The notes beneath the pieces are model-generated. The model did no database searches and was not told the origin of the DNA. It saw only the letters and a list, made by a program, of their open reading frames with translations. The position numbers were made by a program, and so were the translations under genes. Source: Euglena gracilis (taxonomy: Eukaryota). From it: a stretch of DNA of 64,000 bases. The first letter of the stretch is position 1. Every line of letters begins with the position of its first letter. Below are positions 39,651 through 50,800 of this stretch, piece by piece. The stretch is from contig CP154954.1 of assembly GCA_039621445.1 (NCBI GenBank), positions 35,387,703 to 35,451,702 of the forward strand, written 5' to 3'.

Positions 39651-40554
39651 ATTGTATCATGCGCTGAAACATGGCTGGGCCATTCTTAACACCCATGGGG
39701 AGTACCGTCCATTGGTACACACCCTTGGATGTCACGAATGCCGTGTATGGTTGGGAGTCAGGGTGTAAGTGCATTTGGTGAAAACCATCCTCCAGATCGA
39801 AAATTGACCACAACCGGTTTTCCGATTGTTTGGTGATCAAATCCTCGATCAGGGGGAGCGGGAAGGGATCATCCCTTGTTTGGGAGTTCAGATACCGGTA
39901 ATCCAGCACCAGCCTCCATTTCTTCTGACCTGAGGGGTCTGGGGGTTTAGGAACAACAAATGCCTGGGATGTCCACTCGCTTTTCGAGGGTACAATCCAC
40001 TTGCGCTGAATAAGCTTCTCAATCATTTCATTGAGAGCTTGTTCGCGTTCTCCCGAACAACGAAAAAATTTTCGGTGCATTGGTTTGGCTCCATCCTTAA
40101 GCTCGATCTTACAAACACCGAACGGACCGCGTATCGCGGGGTCGATGTCGCACGCGTATACTGGATTTTCCAGCACACCGTGGAATTCGCGGGTAATCCG
40201 CGAACAGAATTCGGCTGATTTAGGATGCTGACCTGCACTCTCGATGACTGCGGAAACCGCCAGGGTATCCCTGGGGCTACCGAGCTTCCTCGGCACCGCG
40301 AATTCGGACATTCCGAATGCATCGAAGAAACATACGCGAAAAATGATTTCTTGCAAGGGTGGTAATATTTTACCACAAAAATCCTCAAAAATCGGTACAT
40401 TAGTGGGTAAATCCCACCAATAAAAAAATAAATAAGATAGTTGGGTGAACCATTCCGCTTCCGGAATGATGGGTATGAGAAAAACTCCACGGGCTTCATC
40501 CCGCAGAATTTTCTCAACCGCACATTCGATAAGTTTTGGGGGGGGTGCATCCAT
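39610..40554 (-). CDS. pol: pol: C-terminal half of the methyltransferase-like domain plus reverse transcriptase N-terminal half
   Basis: RT motifs SEWTSQAFVVPK, WRLVLDYRYLN, FPLPLIEDL, IFDLEDGFHQ, TAFVT...YQWTVLPMGVKNGPAMFQR. Confidence 0.92.
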   Translation of the reverse strand: MDAPPPKLIECAVEKILRDEARGVFLIPIIPEAEWFTQLSYLFFYWWDLPTNVPIFEDFCGKILPPLQEIIFRVCFFDAFGMSEFAVPRKLGSPRDTLAVSAVIESAGQHPKSAEFCSRITREFHGVLENPVYACDIDPAIRGPFGVCKIELKDGAKPMHRKFFRCSGEREQALNEMIEKLIQRKWIVPSKSEWTSQAFVVPKPPDPSGQKKWRLVLDYRYLNSQTRDDPFPLPLIEDLITKQSENRLWSIFDLEDGFHQMHLHPDSQPYTAFVTSKGVYQWTVLPMGVKNGPAMFQRMIQCVSTRFTVCHCVH

Positions 40555-42005
40555 AACACCGTATCACCCCAAAATTTATCAAATGCGTTGGAGTGTTGTG
40601 ACCAATGACGTGGCAAACGGGCATGTGCATTGGATGAGAAGGCATCGATTTCCAATGCCAAATCAAAAGAATCTGCCAATGTCGCAATTTTTGAAAACCA
40701 TCGTTCCAAAATGCGATATTGACCGAAATTGAAAGCATTCCATACACGTTTCGCGTATTCATGCACCCGATTTTCGGGTTGAAGGGTAGAAAAACAATGA
40801 ATGGATCCACAAACATGCGGGCTGTCTTCCACTACCACAAGGGTTAATCCCAAGGGAGTTTGGACAGGTTGGGGGTTTCCCCATTCCGCATCAAATCCGT
40901 ACCAAGTGTGATCGCGATTGTAATTAGGAATCGCGCTTTTCGCGTTTCCGAACAACGAGGCTAATCCGCGTTGTTGGAGTACTCGGTGTATCTCCGCGCA
41001 TTGAGGGCTACAACCAAGTGTATCATGGGGGGTGGATTCCGTTTTCGGAATTGCGATTAGTGTCGGATTTTGAACTAAACATCCACAATCGAAATCCGAT
41101 TGGGTGGAAATTCTCCTGCAGTGCACACATTGGAAGGAAGTGTGATGGTGTGACGGGTGTGCGTGAAAGTGGGTGTCGATGGCATTAGCCGGGGAGTCTT
41201 GTACAGGTGTGCCTGGATTCGGCACAACTGGTGGGAAACGGAGTGGTGGTGTAGCTGGGCGACTACTCGACACCGTAATTACTTCAGGCCTTTGGGCTTT
41301 CGTCTTGTAACCCAGTGAAACGGCGGGGGTACCGCTACTCGCTTGCCCTGCCTCATGTGGAACGCATGTTGGTGTGTCATTGGGCAGGGGGGAGGCTTTC
41401 TCCGTACCCCGGGTGTGGAAAACGGTTGTTGGTGTGGTGGGTAACGGTGTTGCCATTGTGGGTAACGGTGTGGGCAAAGCGGTGGTCATCATAGTGGATG
41501 ACAACGGTGATGGTGGTTTGGGTGTCAATGAAGTGGTGGGTGCTGTGCGCAAACCGTGGGAGTGGCAATCCACAACCAATCGGTACTGGCGTAAAAATGG
41601 GTATCCCAAAATTACGTCAGACCCGTGAATTCCGGACTCGTAACCCCAAATATTGGTGAAATGTTGTAATTGTGGGGGTTGTGAGTGATGCTTCGGAATG
41701 ATGGGCAAGAGTATCTCGAGCACACATCCCAAATCACCACCACACATGGGGGTGTTATCCGCGGTTGTAATTTTGATCGGTTTCTTGGCGCTTACCAAGA
41801 GCGGGGTCGGTATCAACCCCAACCGAAAGAGCAGTGCAATGCGACAACCAGTGTCAATGAGAATTTTAACTTTAGTGGAGAAATTTTGGATGCGGATTTC
41901 CGCTTGGACGAGTAATTCCATTGGTGGTACGCAAAGTGAAGGGTCTGGCGGAAATACGTTTGCATGCCAGCTCTCCCATGAACCCTTTCCTACTTTGCTC
42001 AGCAT
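40023..42005 (-). CDS. pol: pol: aspartic protease, Pro/Thr-rich and Cys/His-containing spacer, and N-terminal half of the methyltransferase-like domain (true frame ends ~40540)
   Basis: Retropepsin motifs ILIDTGC and DVILGYPFL. Confidence 0.88.
   Translation of the reverse strand: MLSKVGKGSWESWHANVFPPDPSLCVPPMELLVQAEIRIQNFSTKVKILIDTGCRIALLFRLGLIPTPLLVSAKKPIKITTADNTPMCGGDLGCVLEILLPIIPKHHSQPPQLQHFTNIWGYESGIHGSDVILGYPFLRQYRLVVDCHSHGLRTAPTTSLTPKPPSPLSSTMMTTALPTPLPTMATPLPTTPTTVFHTRGTEKASPLPNDTPTCVPHEAGQASSGTPAVSLGYKTKAQRPEVITVSSSRPATPPLRFPPVVPNPGTPVQDSPANAIDTHFHAHPSHHHTSFQCVHCRRISTQSDFDCGCLVQNPTLIAIPKTESTPHDTLGCSPQCAEIHRVLQQRGLASLFGNAKSAIPNYNRDHTWYGFDAEWGNPQPVQTPLGLTLVVVEDSPHVCGSIHCFSTLQPENRVHEYAKRVWNAFNFGQYRILERWFSKIATLADSFDLALEIDAFSSNAHARLPRHWSQHSNAFDKFWGDTVLWMHPPQNLSNVRLRKFCGMKPVEFFSYPSFRKRNGSPNYLIYFFIGGIYPLMYRFLRIFVVKYYHPCKKSFFAYVSSMHSECPNSRCRGSSVAPGIPWRFPQSSRVQVSILNQPNSVRGLPANSTVCWKIQYTRATSTPRYAVRSVFVRSSLRMEPNQCTENFFVVRENANKLSMK
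40320..40740 (-). other. Dam/DIRS-type N6-adenine (amino) DNA methyltransferase-like domain inside Pol, split by a 1-nt frameshift in a G8 run (40538-40545)
   Basis: QYRILERWF...LEIDAFSSNAHARLPRHWS...NAFDKFW...LWMHPP[P]KLIECAVEKILRDEARGVFLIPIIPEAEWFTQL matches the D(L/A)FAS..N..l..y.S, dAF...W, W.nPP, KI......vlivP......Wf..L pattern of phage Dam and DIRS MT domains. Confidence 0.75.
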
Positions 42006-42123
42006 TCCGAGCGGAAATGTGGAGTGGGGGGTTAGGGGACCCGAAATAATTCCGGGTACTGACCGTGAAGGCGGATGGGCAGGGGGGGTAAGGTTGATCA
42101 GGTCTTACCTCCATCTGTTCATC

Positions 42124-42162
42124 AGCCCAGAGGTCCGTGCCCTCGGACCTCGGGCTCCCCTA
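42124..42162 (-). promoter_or_regulatory. Putative gag-pol stop-codon readthrough signal (UAG-GGG plus a 13-bp hairpin)
   Basis: Minus strand reads TAG GGG AGCCC GAGGTCCG agggca CGGACCTC t GGGCT, and the frame stays open after the TAG. Confidence 0.55.
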
Positions 42163-44653
42163 CTCCAAGTCCGAACCGGCCGCATAGCCGGCAACGGACT
42201 TTTTGGTGGAATAGATGGAATTCAATGAGCGCACCGCCATTCGGGCCTCATTAAATTCCCCGTCCGAGGTCTCATCCCCCTCCCTGCCCGAAGCCGGGGT
42301 GTCCTCCTCCAAACAAGATATCTTGAAACCGACCTTTTGCCGGTTGGAGGAGTAACCACGGTCATCGTAGCTGGGCCGGGGGGGCAACGAGATCTGGGAC
42401 ATTTGGATGCGTGGTGATCTTTGGAACCGCAAAGTGAACAACGGGATTTGTGGCGGGATTCCGCATAACGAGGGGAACGGTATTCCGTTCGACCGTCAAA
42501 CCGTCGTGGTGAACGGGTTTCCCGTCGACCATGACCGGTGTATCGGGACTTCCCCGTTGACTCGCGTGAAGAGGATGATCCACTTCGCGAACGAGATCGT
42601 GAAGAATCGCGATTGAAATCCCGTTTTCGGGCAGGGGGCCAGGTGACCGACCGCGAGAAGGACGGGTTTCCCGACCATCTCGCGATGGTGACTTGGGCCT
42701 ACTACCGCTAAAGTGGTTCTCCGAAGAACGTGAAACTCCCGATTGACGTGAAAACGCCGAGGAACCCGATCCCCGTGAGGAGGTCGAGCCCCTTGGGCTT
42801 CCAATACGCTTTCGCGCATCGGGATTCGGGCATTCCCGAGACATGTGACCAGATTTGTTGCACAAAAAGCACAGTTTATCCGTGCCTTGGTCCGAGGTAC
42901 GCTGATTCCGCGTTTTCGGTCCCGTGGTGGGTGATCTTGGTGACATGGGTGATTTTTGCAACGCATTAACCGCACCCGCAGGGATTCCCGCGGTGGGATG
43001 CGTTTGGAAAGCGGACTGTATTTGTCCCAAAACTTGTGTGAGCTTGAGTTGCTTTGACACATAATTCCAACGTTGGGCAAGAGTCATCTCATGCCCTGCC
43101 AACTCCTCGCGATGGATATCCTTCACGAGGGATGGTGTGAAATGCAACAAAACCGCATCGAATTGTTCGCGCATTTGCTTCTCGCTAAGTTCATCAACTT
43201 CGGAAGCAAGTGCTAACCATTTGGCATACCAAAGGTCAATGGATTTCCATTTGCGATCCGATGGCGCGCTTTGTCGCCACTTCTTCTCCAGGGTAATCCT
43301 GGTGACCAAACTTGAATTGGTTGAAGCGTATTGCTCAACCAGGTCATCGAATGATACGCCATTACGTATCACCAAATTGCGTGCGCGTTCTCGCTCCTCC
43401 CTCGGTAGGCAATCGATGAATTCCATCTTGACTACCTCGGGATTCGGGTCTTGGGTGGGTCCCTTTAGTGCTCAATAGTACTCCCAGTCCCGAAAAAATT
43501 GTCTCCATGTGGTTGGATCCCCGTCCCATTGGGGCTTCACCTTGTTCGCGATTGCGATGGTGCCCTTGAAGTCTCTCTGAGTAACCCGCTGACCCTCGGT
43601 GGTATTCCAGGGGTTTGGGTCAGGGTAATTCTTAACACCAAACGCGTTTCGCGGATTTTCCGCTCCATGTGTAACCCGTGCAGGATTTCCCGCACCAAGT
43701 GTAAGGTTAGCAGGATTTTCCTGCGGGATTTGCGAAAAATTTGGTGAAATTCTCCCGGTGGGGCGGGTTTCCCGCCGAAAACCCGATGGGTAATTCGGTA
43801 ATCCAGACCCCGTTGGTGATTGGTATGATCGCGAATGCGACACATGACCAATACCAGGTGTGGGGTGTTGGCTCATACCTCGTACAAGGTTGGAATGTTT
43901 AATTTCTTGGTGGAGACTCGAATTTTCCAGTGGGGGGTCATTTTCCTCATCGGAAATGTGTTGTGAAAAATGAGTTTGTGGTGTTGGCAAATGCAAAGGT
44001 GGTACAATTCGCGTTTTCGCGGGTGGTTGTACCAAATTCGCGGTGGATGTAGGGATTCCTACTCCGGAAATGGTAATTTGAGAACGCGATTCCGGGACAT
44101 TTGAGAAACCAACCGCAGCGCTTACCGCGGTAGGTGTGGGCACAAAAGGTACCGGAGGGGACATTTTACCCAGACGCGCGGACAAGTAATGCACCGTTTC
44201 TTCCAACTGTTCCACCAACTGGACTTGGCCGCAATACGGTCAACCTTCTCATTTGCTGCAATAATGCGTTTGCGTGTAAATTGGATTTTTCCAAGTGGGC
44301 AACTTTCAGAAACCAAGTGTAATTCTTGGGCAAGATTCCTTGGGACTCCTCCACATTCCGGAGTTGACCGCAAGCGCTTTCACCGTTTGAGACGGTTTGC
44401 AATTGGTGGAGTGACTTGGTGGGGGTTTCCACGGTGGTGCGCGAATTTCCGCGGTTGGCTTTTCCAACAGCAGAAATCGTCCATCCAACCGAGAAAACCT
44501 CATCTTGCATGGATCGGGCATTCCGATTCACGCTTTCCTCAATTTGGAGCAAACTTGTACAAAATGCTTGCAAGGTTTCCTTGATGTCACCAGGCACTTT
44601 GTCATAAAATGAGCGAAATTCCGGTGACTCAGATATCCGAGCACGCGAAATGG
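42160..44653 (-). pseudogene. gag: gag, 5'-truncated, with several frameshifts and one in-frame TGA at 43472-43474; two CCHC zinc knuckles
   Basis: PQWDGDPTTWRQFFRDWEYY*ALKGP... continues in frame into ORF 42362-43426. Knuckles are CFLCNKSGHMSREC and, in another frame at ~42400-42440, CSLCGSKDHHASKC. Confidence 0.85.
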
Positions 44654-47600
44654 GTCGTGGTTTAATGTTAAGAAAAACATGCAGCCGGAAGGTTGGTTGC
44701 AAGAAATGAGCAGATTTAGATGGGTGCATTCTACCATTCCGAGGGACATTTACCAGGTCAGCCCAGGTTACCATGTAAAAATGGACCAAACTGGGCCTTA
44801 CTCCGAGTAACCGAATGGGTGTTCCAGGAGGCCTCCAAAGTCAGGGGAGCCGTTGGTTTCATGATTGTCGTGGTTTAATGGTAAGCAAAACATGCAGCGG
44901 GAAGGTTGGTTGCAAGAAATGAGCACATTTAGATGGGTGCATTCGACCATTCCGGGGGACATTTACCAGGTCAGCCCAGGTTACCATGTAAAAATGGACG
45001 AAATTGGGCCTTACTCCGAGTAACCGAATGGGTGTTCCAGGAGGCCTCCAAAGTCAGGGGACCCGTTGGTTTCATGATTGTCGTGGTTTAATGTTAAGAA
45101 AAACATGCAGCCGGAAGGTTGGTTGCAAGAAATGAGCACATTTAGATGGGTGCATTCGACCATTCCGGGGGACATTTACCAGGTCAGCCCAGGTTACCAT
45201 GTAAAAATGGACCAAATTGGGCCTTACTCCGAGTTACCGAATGGGTGTTCCAGGAGGCCTCCAAAGTCAGGGGACCCGTTGGTTTCATGATTGTTGTGGT
45301 TTAATGGTAAGAAAAACATGCAGCCGGAAGGTTGGTTGTAAGTAATGAGCAGATTTAGATGGGTGCATTCGACCATTCCGGGGGACATTTACCAGGTCAG
45401 CCCAGGTTACCATGTAAAAATGGACCAAATTGGGCCTTACTCCGAGTAACCGAATGGGTGTTCCAGGACGCCTCCAACGTCAGGGGACCCGTTGGTTTCA
45501 TGATTGTCGTGGTTTAATGGTAAGAAAAACATGCAGCCGGAAGGTTGGTTGCAAGAAATGAGCAGATTTAAATGGGTGCATTCGACCATTCCGGGGGACA
45601 TTTACCAGGTCAGCCCAGGTTACCATGTAAAAATGGACCAAATTGGGCCTTACTCCGAGTAACCGAATGGGTGTTCCAGGAGGCCTCCAAAGTCAGGGGA
45701 CCCGTTGGTTTCATGATTGTCGTCGTTTAATGGTAAGAAAAACATGCAGCCGGAAGGTTGGTTGCAAGAAATGAGCAGATTTAGATGGGTGCATTCGACC
45801 TTTCCGGGGGACATTTACCAGGTCAGCCCAGGTTACCATGTAAAAATGGACCAAATTGGGCCTTACTCCGAGTAACCGAATGGGTGTTCCAGGAGGCCTC
45901 CAAAGTCAGGGGACCCGTTGGTTTCACGATTGCCGTGGTTTAATGGTAAGAAAAACATGCAGCCGGAAGGTTGGTTGCAAGAAATGAGCAGATTTAGATG
46001 GGTGCATTCGACCTTTCCGGGGGACATTTACCAGGTCAGCCCAGGTTACCATGTAAAAATGGACCAAATTGGGCCTTACTCCGAGTAACCGAATGGGTGT
46101 TCCAGGAGGCCTTCAAAGTCAGGGGACCCGTTGGTTTCATGATTGTCGTGGTTTAATGTTAAGAAAAACATGCAGCCGGAAGGTTGGTTGCAAGAAATGA
46201 GCACATTTAGATGGGTTCATTCGACCATTCCGGGGGACATTTACCAGGTCAGCCCAGGTTACCATGTAAAAATGGACCAAATTGGGCCTTACTCCGAGTA
46301 ACCGAATGGGTGTTCCAGGAGGCCTCCAAAGTCAGGGGACCCGTTGGTTTCACGATTGCCGTGGTTTAATGGTAAGAAAAACATGCAGCCGGAAGGTTGG
46401 TTGCAAGAAATGAGCAGATTTAGATGGGTGCATTCGACCATTCCGGGGGACATTTACCAGGTCAGCCCAGGTTACCATGTAAAAATGGACCAAATTGGGC
46501 CTTACTCCGAGTAACCGAATGGGTGTTCCAGGAGGCCTCCAAAGTCAGGGGACCCGTTGGTTTCATGATTGTCGTGGTTTAATGGTAAGAAAAACATGCA
46601 GCCGGAAGGTTGGTTGCAAGAAATGAGCACATTTAGATGGGTGCATTCGACCATTCCGGGGGACATTTACCAGGTCAGCCCAGGTTACCATGTAAAAATG
46701 GACCAAATTGGGCCTTACTCCGAGTAACCGAATGGGTGTTCCAGGAGGCCTCCAAAGTCAGGGGACCCGTTGGTTTCATGATTGTCGTGGTTTAATGGTA
46801 AGAAAAACATGCAGCCGGAAGGTTGGTTGCAAGAAATGAGCACATTTAGATGGGTGCATTCGACCATTCCGGGGGACATTTACCAGGTCAGCCCAGGTTA
46901 CCATGTAAAAATGGACCAAATTGGGCCTTACTCCGAGTAACCGAATGGGTGTTCCAGGAGGCCTCCAAAGTCAGGGGACCCGTTGGTTTCATGATTGTCG
47001 TGGTTTAATGGTAAGAAAAACATGCAGCCGGAAGGTTGGTTGCAAGAAATGAGCACATTTAGATGGGTGCATTCGACCATTCCGGGGGACATTTACCAGG
47101 TCAGCCCAGGTTACCATGTAAAAATGGACCAAATTGGGCCTTACTCCGAGTAACCGAATGGGTGTTCCAGGAGGCCTCCAAAGTCAGGGGACCCGTTGGT
47201 TTCATGATTGTCGTGGTTTAATGGTAAGAAAAACATTCAGCGGGAATGTTGGTTGCAAGAAATGAGCAGAATTAGATGGGTGCATTCGACCATTCCGGGG
47301 GACATTTACCAGGTCAGCCCAGGTTACCATGTAAAAATGGACCAAATTGGGCCTTACTCCGAGTAACCGAATGGGTGTTCCAGGAGGCCTCCAAAGTCAG
47401 GGGACCCGTTGGTTTCATGATTGTCGTGGTTTAATGGTAAGAAAAACATGCAGCCGGAAGGTTGGTTGCAAGAATGAGCACATTTAGATGGGTGCATTCG
47501 ACCATTCCGGGGGACATTTACCAGGTCAGCCCAGGTTACCATGCAAAAATGGACCAAATTGGGCCTTACTCCGAGTAACCGAATGGGTGTTCCAGGAGGC

Positions 47601-47779
47601 CTCCAAAGTCAGGGGACCCGTTGGTTTCATGATTGTCGTGGTTTAATGGTAAGAAAAACATGCAGCCGGAAGGTTGGTTGCAAGAAATGAGCACATTTAG
47701 ATGGGTGCATTCGACCATTCCGGGGGACATTTACCAGGTCAGCCCAGGTTACCATGTAAAAAAACAAAAAAAAAAAAAC

Positions 47780-47815
<36 letters not shown>

Positions 47816-50800
47816 AAATGGATCAAAATGAAGCCTTATCTCGAGTTACCGAAAGGGTGTTCCAGGAGGCCTCCAAAGTCAGGGGACCCGTTGGTTTCAT
47901 GATTGTCGTGGTTTAATGGTAAGAAAAACATGCAGCCGGAAGGTTGGTTGCAAGAAATGAGCAGATTTAGATGGGTGCATTCGACCATTCCGGGGGACAT
48001 TTACCAGGTCAGCCCAGGTTACCATGTAAAAATGGACCAAATTGGGCCTTACTCCGAGTAACCGAATGGGTGTTCCAGGAGGCCTCCAAAGTCAGGGGAC
48101 CCGTTGGTTTCATGATTGTCGTGGTTTAATGGTAAGAAAAATATGCAGCCAGAAGGTTGGTTGCAAGACCTGAGCACATTTAGATGGGTGCATTCGACCA
48201 TTCCGGGGGACATTTACCAGGTCAGCCCAGGTTACCATGTAAAAATGGACCAAATTGGGCCTTACTCCGAGTAACCGAATGGGTGTTCCAGGAGGCCTCC
48301 AAAGTCAGGGGACCCGTTGGTTTCATGATTGTCGTGGTTTAATGGTAAGAAAAACATGCAGCCGGAAGGTTGGTTGCAAGAAATGAGCACATTTAGATGG
48401 GTGCATTCGACCATTCCGGGGGACATTTACCAGGTCAGCCCAGGTTACCATGTAAAAATGGACCAAATTGGGCCTTACTCCGAGTAACCGAATGGGTGTT
48501 CCAGGAGGCCTCCAAAGTCAGGGGACCCGTTGGTTTCATGATTGTCGTGGTTTAATGGTAAGAAAAACATGCAGCCGGAAGGTTGGTTGCAAGAAATGAG
48601 CAGATTTAGATGGGTGCATTCGACCATTCCGGGGGACATTTACCAGGTCAGCCCAGGTTACCATGTAAAAATGGACCAAATTGGGCCTTACTCCGAGTAA
48701 CCGAATGGGTGTTCCAGGAGGCCTCCAAAGTCAGGGGACCCGTTGGTTTCATGATTGTCGTGGTTTAATGGTAAGAAAAACATGCAGCCGGAAGGTTGGT
48801 TGCAAGAAATGAGCACATTTAGATGGGTGCATTCGACCATTCCGGGGGACATTTACCAGGTCAGCCCAGGTTACCATGTAAAAATGGACCAAATTGGGCC
48901 TTACTCCGAGTAACCGAATGGGTGTTCCAGGAGGCCTCCAAAGTCAGGGGACCCGTTGGTTTCATGATTGTCGTGGTTTAATGGTAAGAAAAACATGCAG
49001 CGGGAAGGTTGGTTGCAAGAAATGAGCAGAATTAGATGGGTGCATTCGACCATTCCGGGGGACATTTACCAGGTCAGCCCAGGTTACCATGTAAAAATGG
49101 ACCAAATTGGGCCTTACTCCGAGTAACCGAATGGGTGTTCCAGGAGGCCTCCAAAGTCAGGGGACCCGTTGGTTTCATGATTGTCGTGGTTTAATGGTAA
49201 GAAAAACATGCAGCCGGAAGGTTGGTTGCAAGAAATGAGCACATTTAGATGGGTGCATTCGACCATTCCGGGGGACATTTACCAGGTCAGCCCAGGTTAC
49301 CATGTAAAAATGGACCAAATTGGGCCTTACTCCGAGTAACCGAATGGGTGTTCCAGGAGGCCTCCAAAGTCAGGGGACCCGTTGGTTTCATGATTGTCGT
49401 GGTTTAATGGTAAGAAAAACATGCAGCCGGAAGGTTGGTTGCAAGAAATGAGCAGATTTAGATGGGTGCATTCGACCATTCCGGGGGACATTTACCAGGT
49501 CAGCCCAGGTTACCATGTAAAAATGGACCAAATTGGGCCTTACTCCGAGTAACCGAATGGGTGTTCCAGGAGGCCTCCAAAGTCAGGGGACCCGTTGGTT
49601 TCATGATTGTCGTGGTTTAATGGTAAGAAAAACATGCAGCCGGAAGGTTGGTTGCAAGAAATGACATTTAGATGGGTGCATTTGACCATTCCGGGGGACA
49701 TTTACCAGGTCAGCCCAGGTTACCATGTAAAAATGGACCAAATTGGGCCTTACTCCGAGTAACCGAATGGGTGTTCCAGGAGGCCTCCAAAGTCAGGGGA
49801 CCCGTTGGTTTCATGATTGTCGTGGTTTAATGGTAAGAAAAACATGCAGCCGGAAGGTTGGTTGCAAGAAATGAGCAGATTTAGATGGGTGCATTCGACC
49901 ATTCCGGGGGACATTTACCAGGTCAGCCCAGGTTACCATGTAAAAATGGACCAAATTGGGCCTTACTCCGAGTAACCGAATGGGTGTTCCAGGAGGCCTC
50001 CAAAGTCAGGGGACCCGTTGGTTTCATGATTGTCGTGGTTTAATGGTAAGAAAAACATGCAGCCGGAAGGTTGGTTGCAAGAAATGAGCAGATTTAGATG
50101 GGTGCATTCGACCATTCCGGGGGACATTTACCAGGTCAGCCCAGGTTACCATGTAAAAATGGACCAAATTGGGCCTTACTCCGAGTAACCGAATGGGTGT
50201 TCCAGGAGGCCTCCAAAGTCAGGGGACCCGTTGGTTTCATGATTGTCGTGGTTTAATGGTAAGAAAAACATGCAGCCGGAAGGTTGGTTGCAAGAAATGA
50301 GCATATTTAGATGGGTGCATTCGACCATTCCGGGGGACATTTACCAGGTCAGCCCAGGTTACCATGTAAAAATGGACCAAATTGGGCCTTACTCCGAGTA
50401 ACCGAATGGGTGTTCCAGGAGGCCTCCAAAGTCAGGGGACCCGTTGGTTTCATGATTGTCGTGGTTTAATGGTAAAAAAAACATGCAGCCGGAAGGTTGG
50501 TTGCAAGAAATGAGCAGATTTAGATGGGTGCATTCGACCGTTCCGGGGGACATTTACCAGGTCAGCCCAGGTTACCATGTAAAAATGGACCAAATTGGGC
50601 CTTACTCCGAGTAACCGAATGGGTGTTCCAGGAGGCCTCCAAAGTCAGGGGACCCGTTGGTTTCATGATTGTCGTGGTTTAATGGTAAGAAAAACATGCA
50701 GCCGGAAGGTTGGTTGCAAGAAATGAGCAGATTTAGATGGGTGCATTCGACCATTCCGGGGGACATTTACCAGGTCAGCCCAGGTTACCATGTAAAAATG

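Larger units (their letters stand above)
35393..44653 (-). mobile_element. Ty3/Gypsy chromovirus-like LTR retrotransposon, internal fragment truncated at both ends (element B)
   Basis: Domain order gag-PR-RT-RNaseH-IN-chromodomain is diagnostic of Ty3/Gypsy. Both ends run from coding sequence straight into satellite, with no LTR. Confidence 0.95.

Noticed and set aside
40534-40545. C8-A4 run as a programmed -1 frameshift site
   Set aside because: It is not phased as an X XXY YYZ slippery heptamer and it splits a domain at its catalytic motif. A homopolymer indel is the simpler explanation.
43472-43474. In-frame TGA in gag as a readthrough or alternative genetic code signal
   Set aside because: It is a single case, best explained as TGG to TGA (EYY-W-ALK). 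Trp is otherwise encoded by TGG and I saw no clear 3' stimulator.
47758-47855. ~57-nt poly(A) burst within a monomer, resembling a retroposed tail
   Set aside because: There is no element body or target duplication, and the next ~40 nt are garbled satellite, which is typical of a basecalling or consensus artefact.
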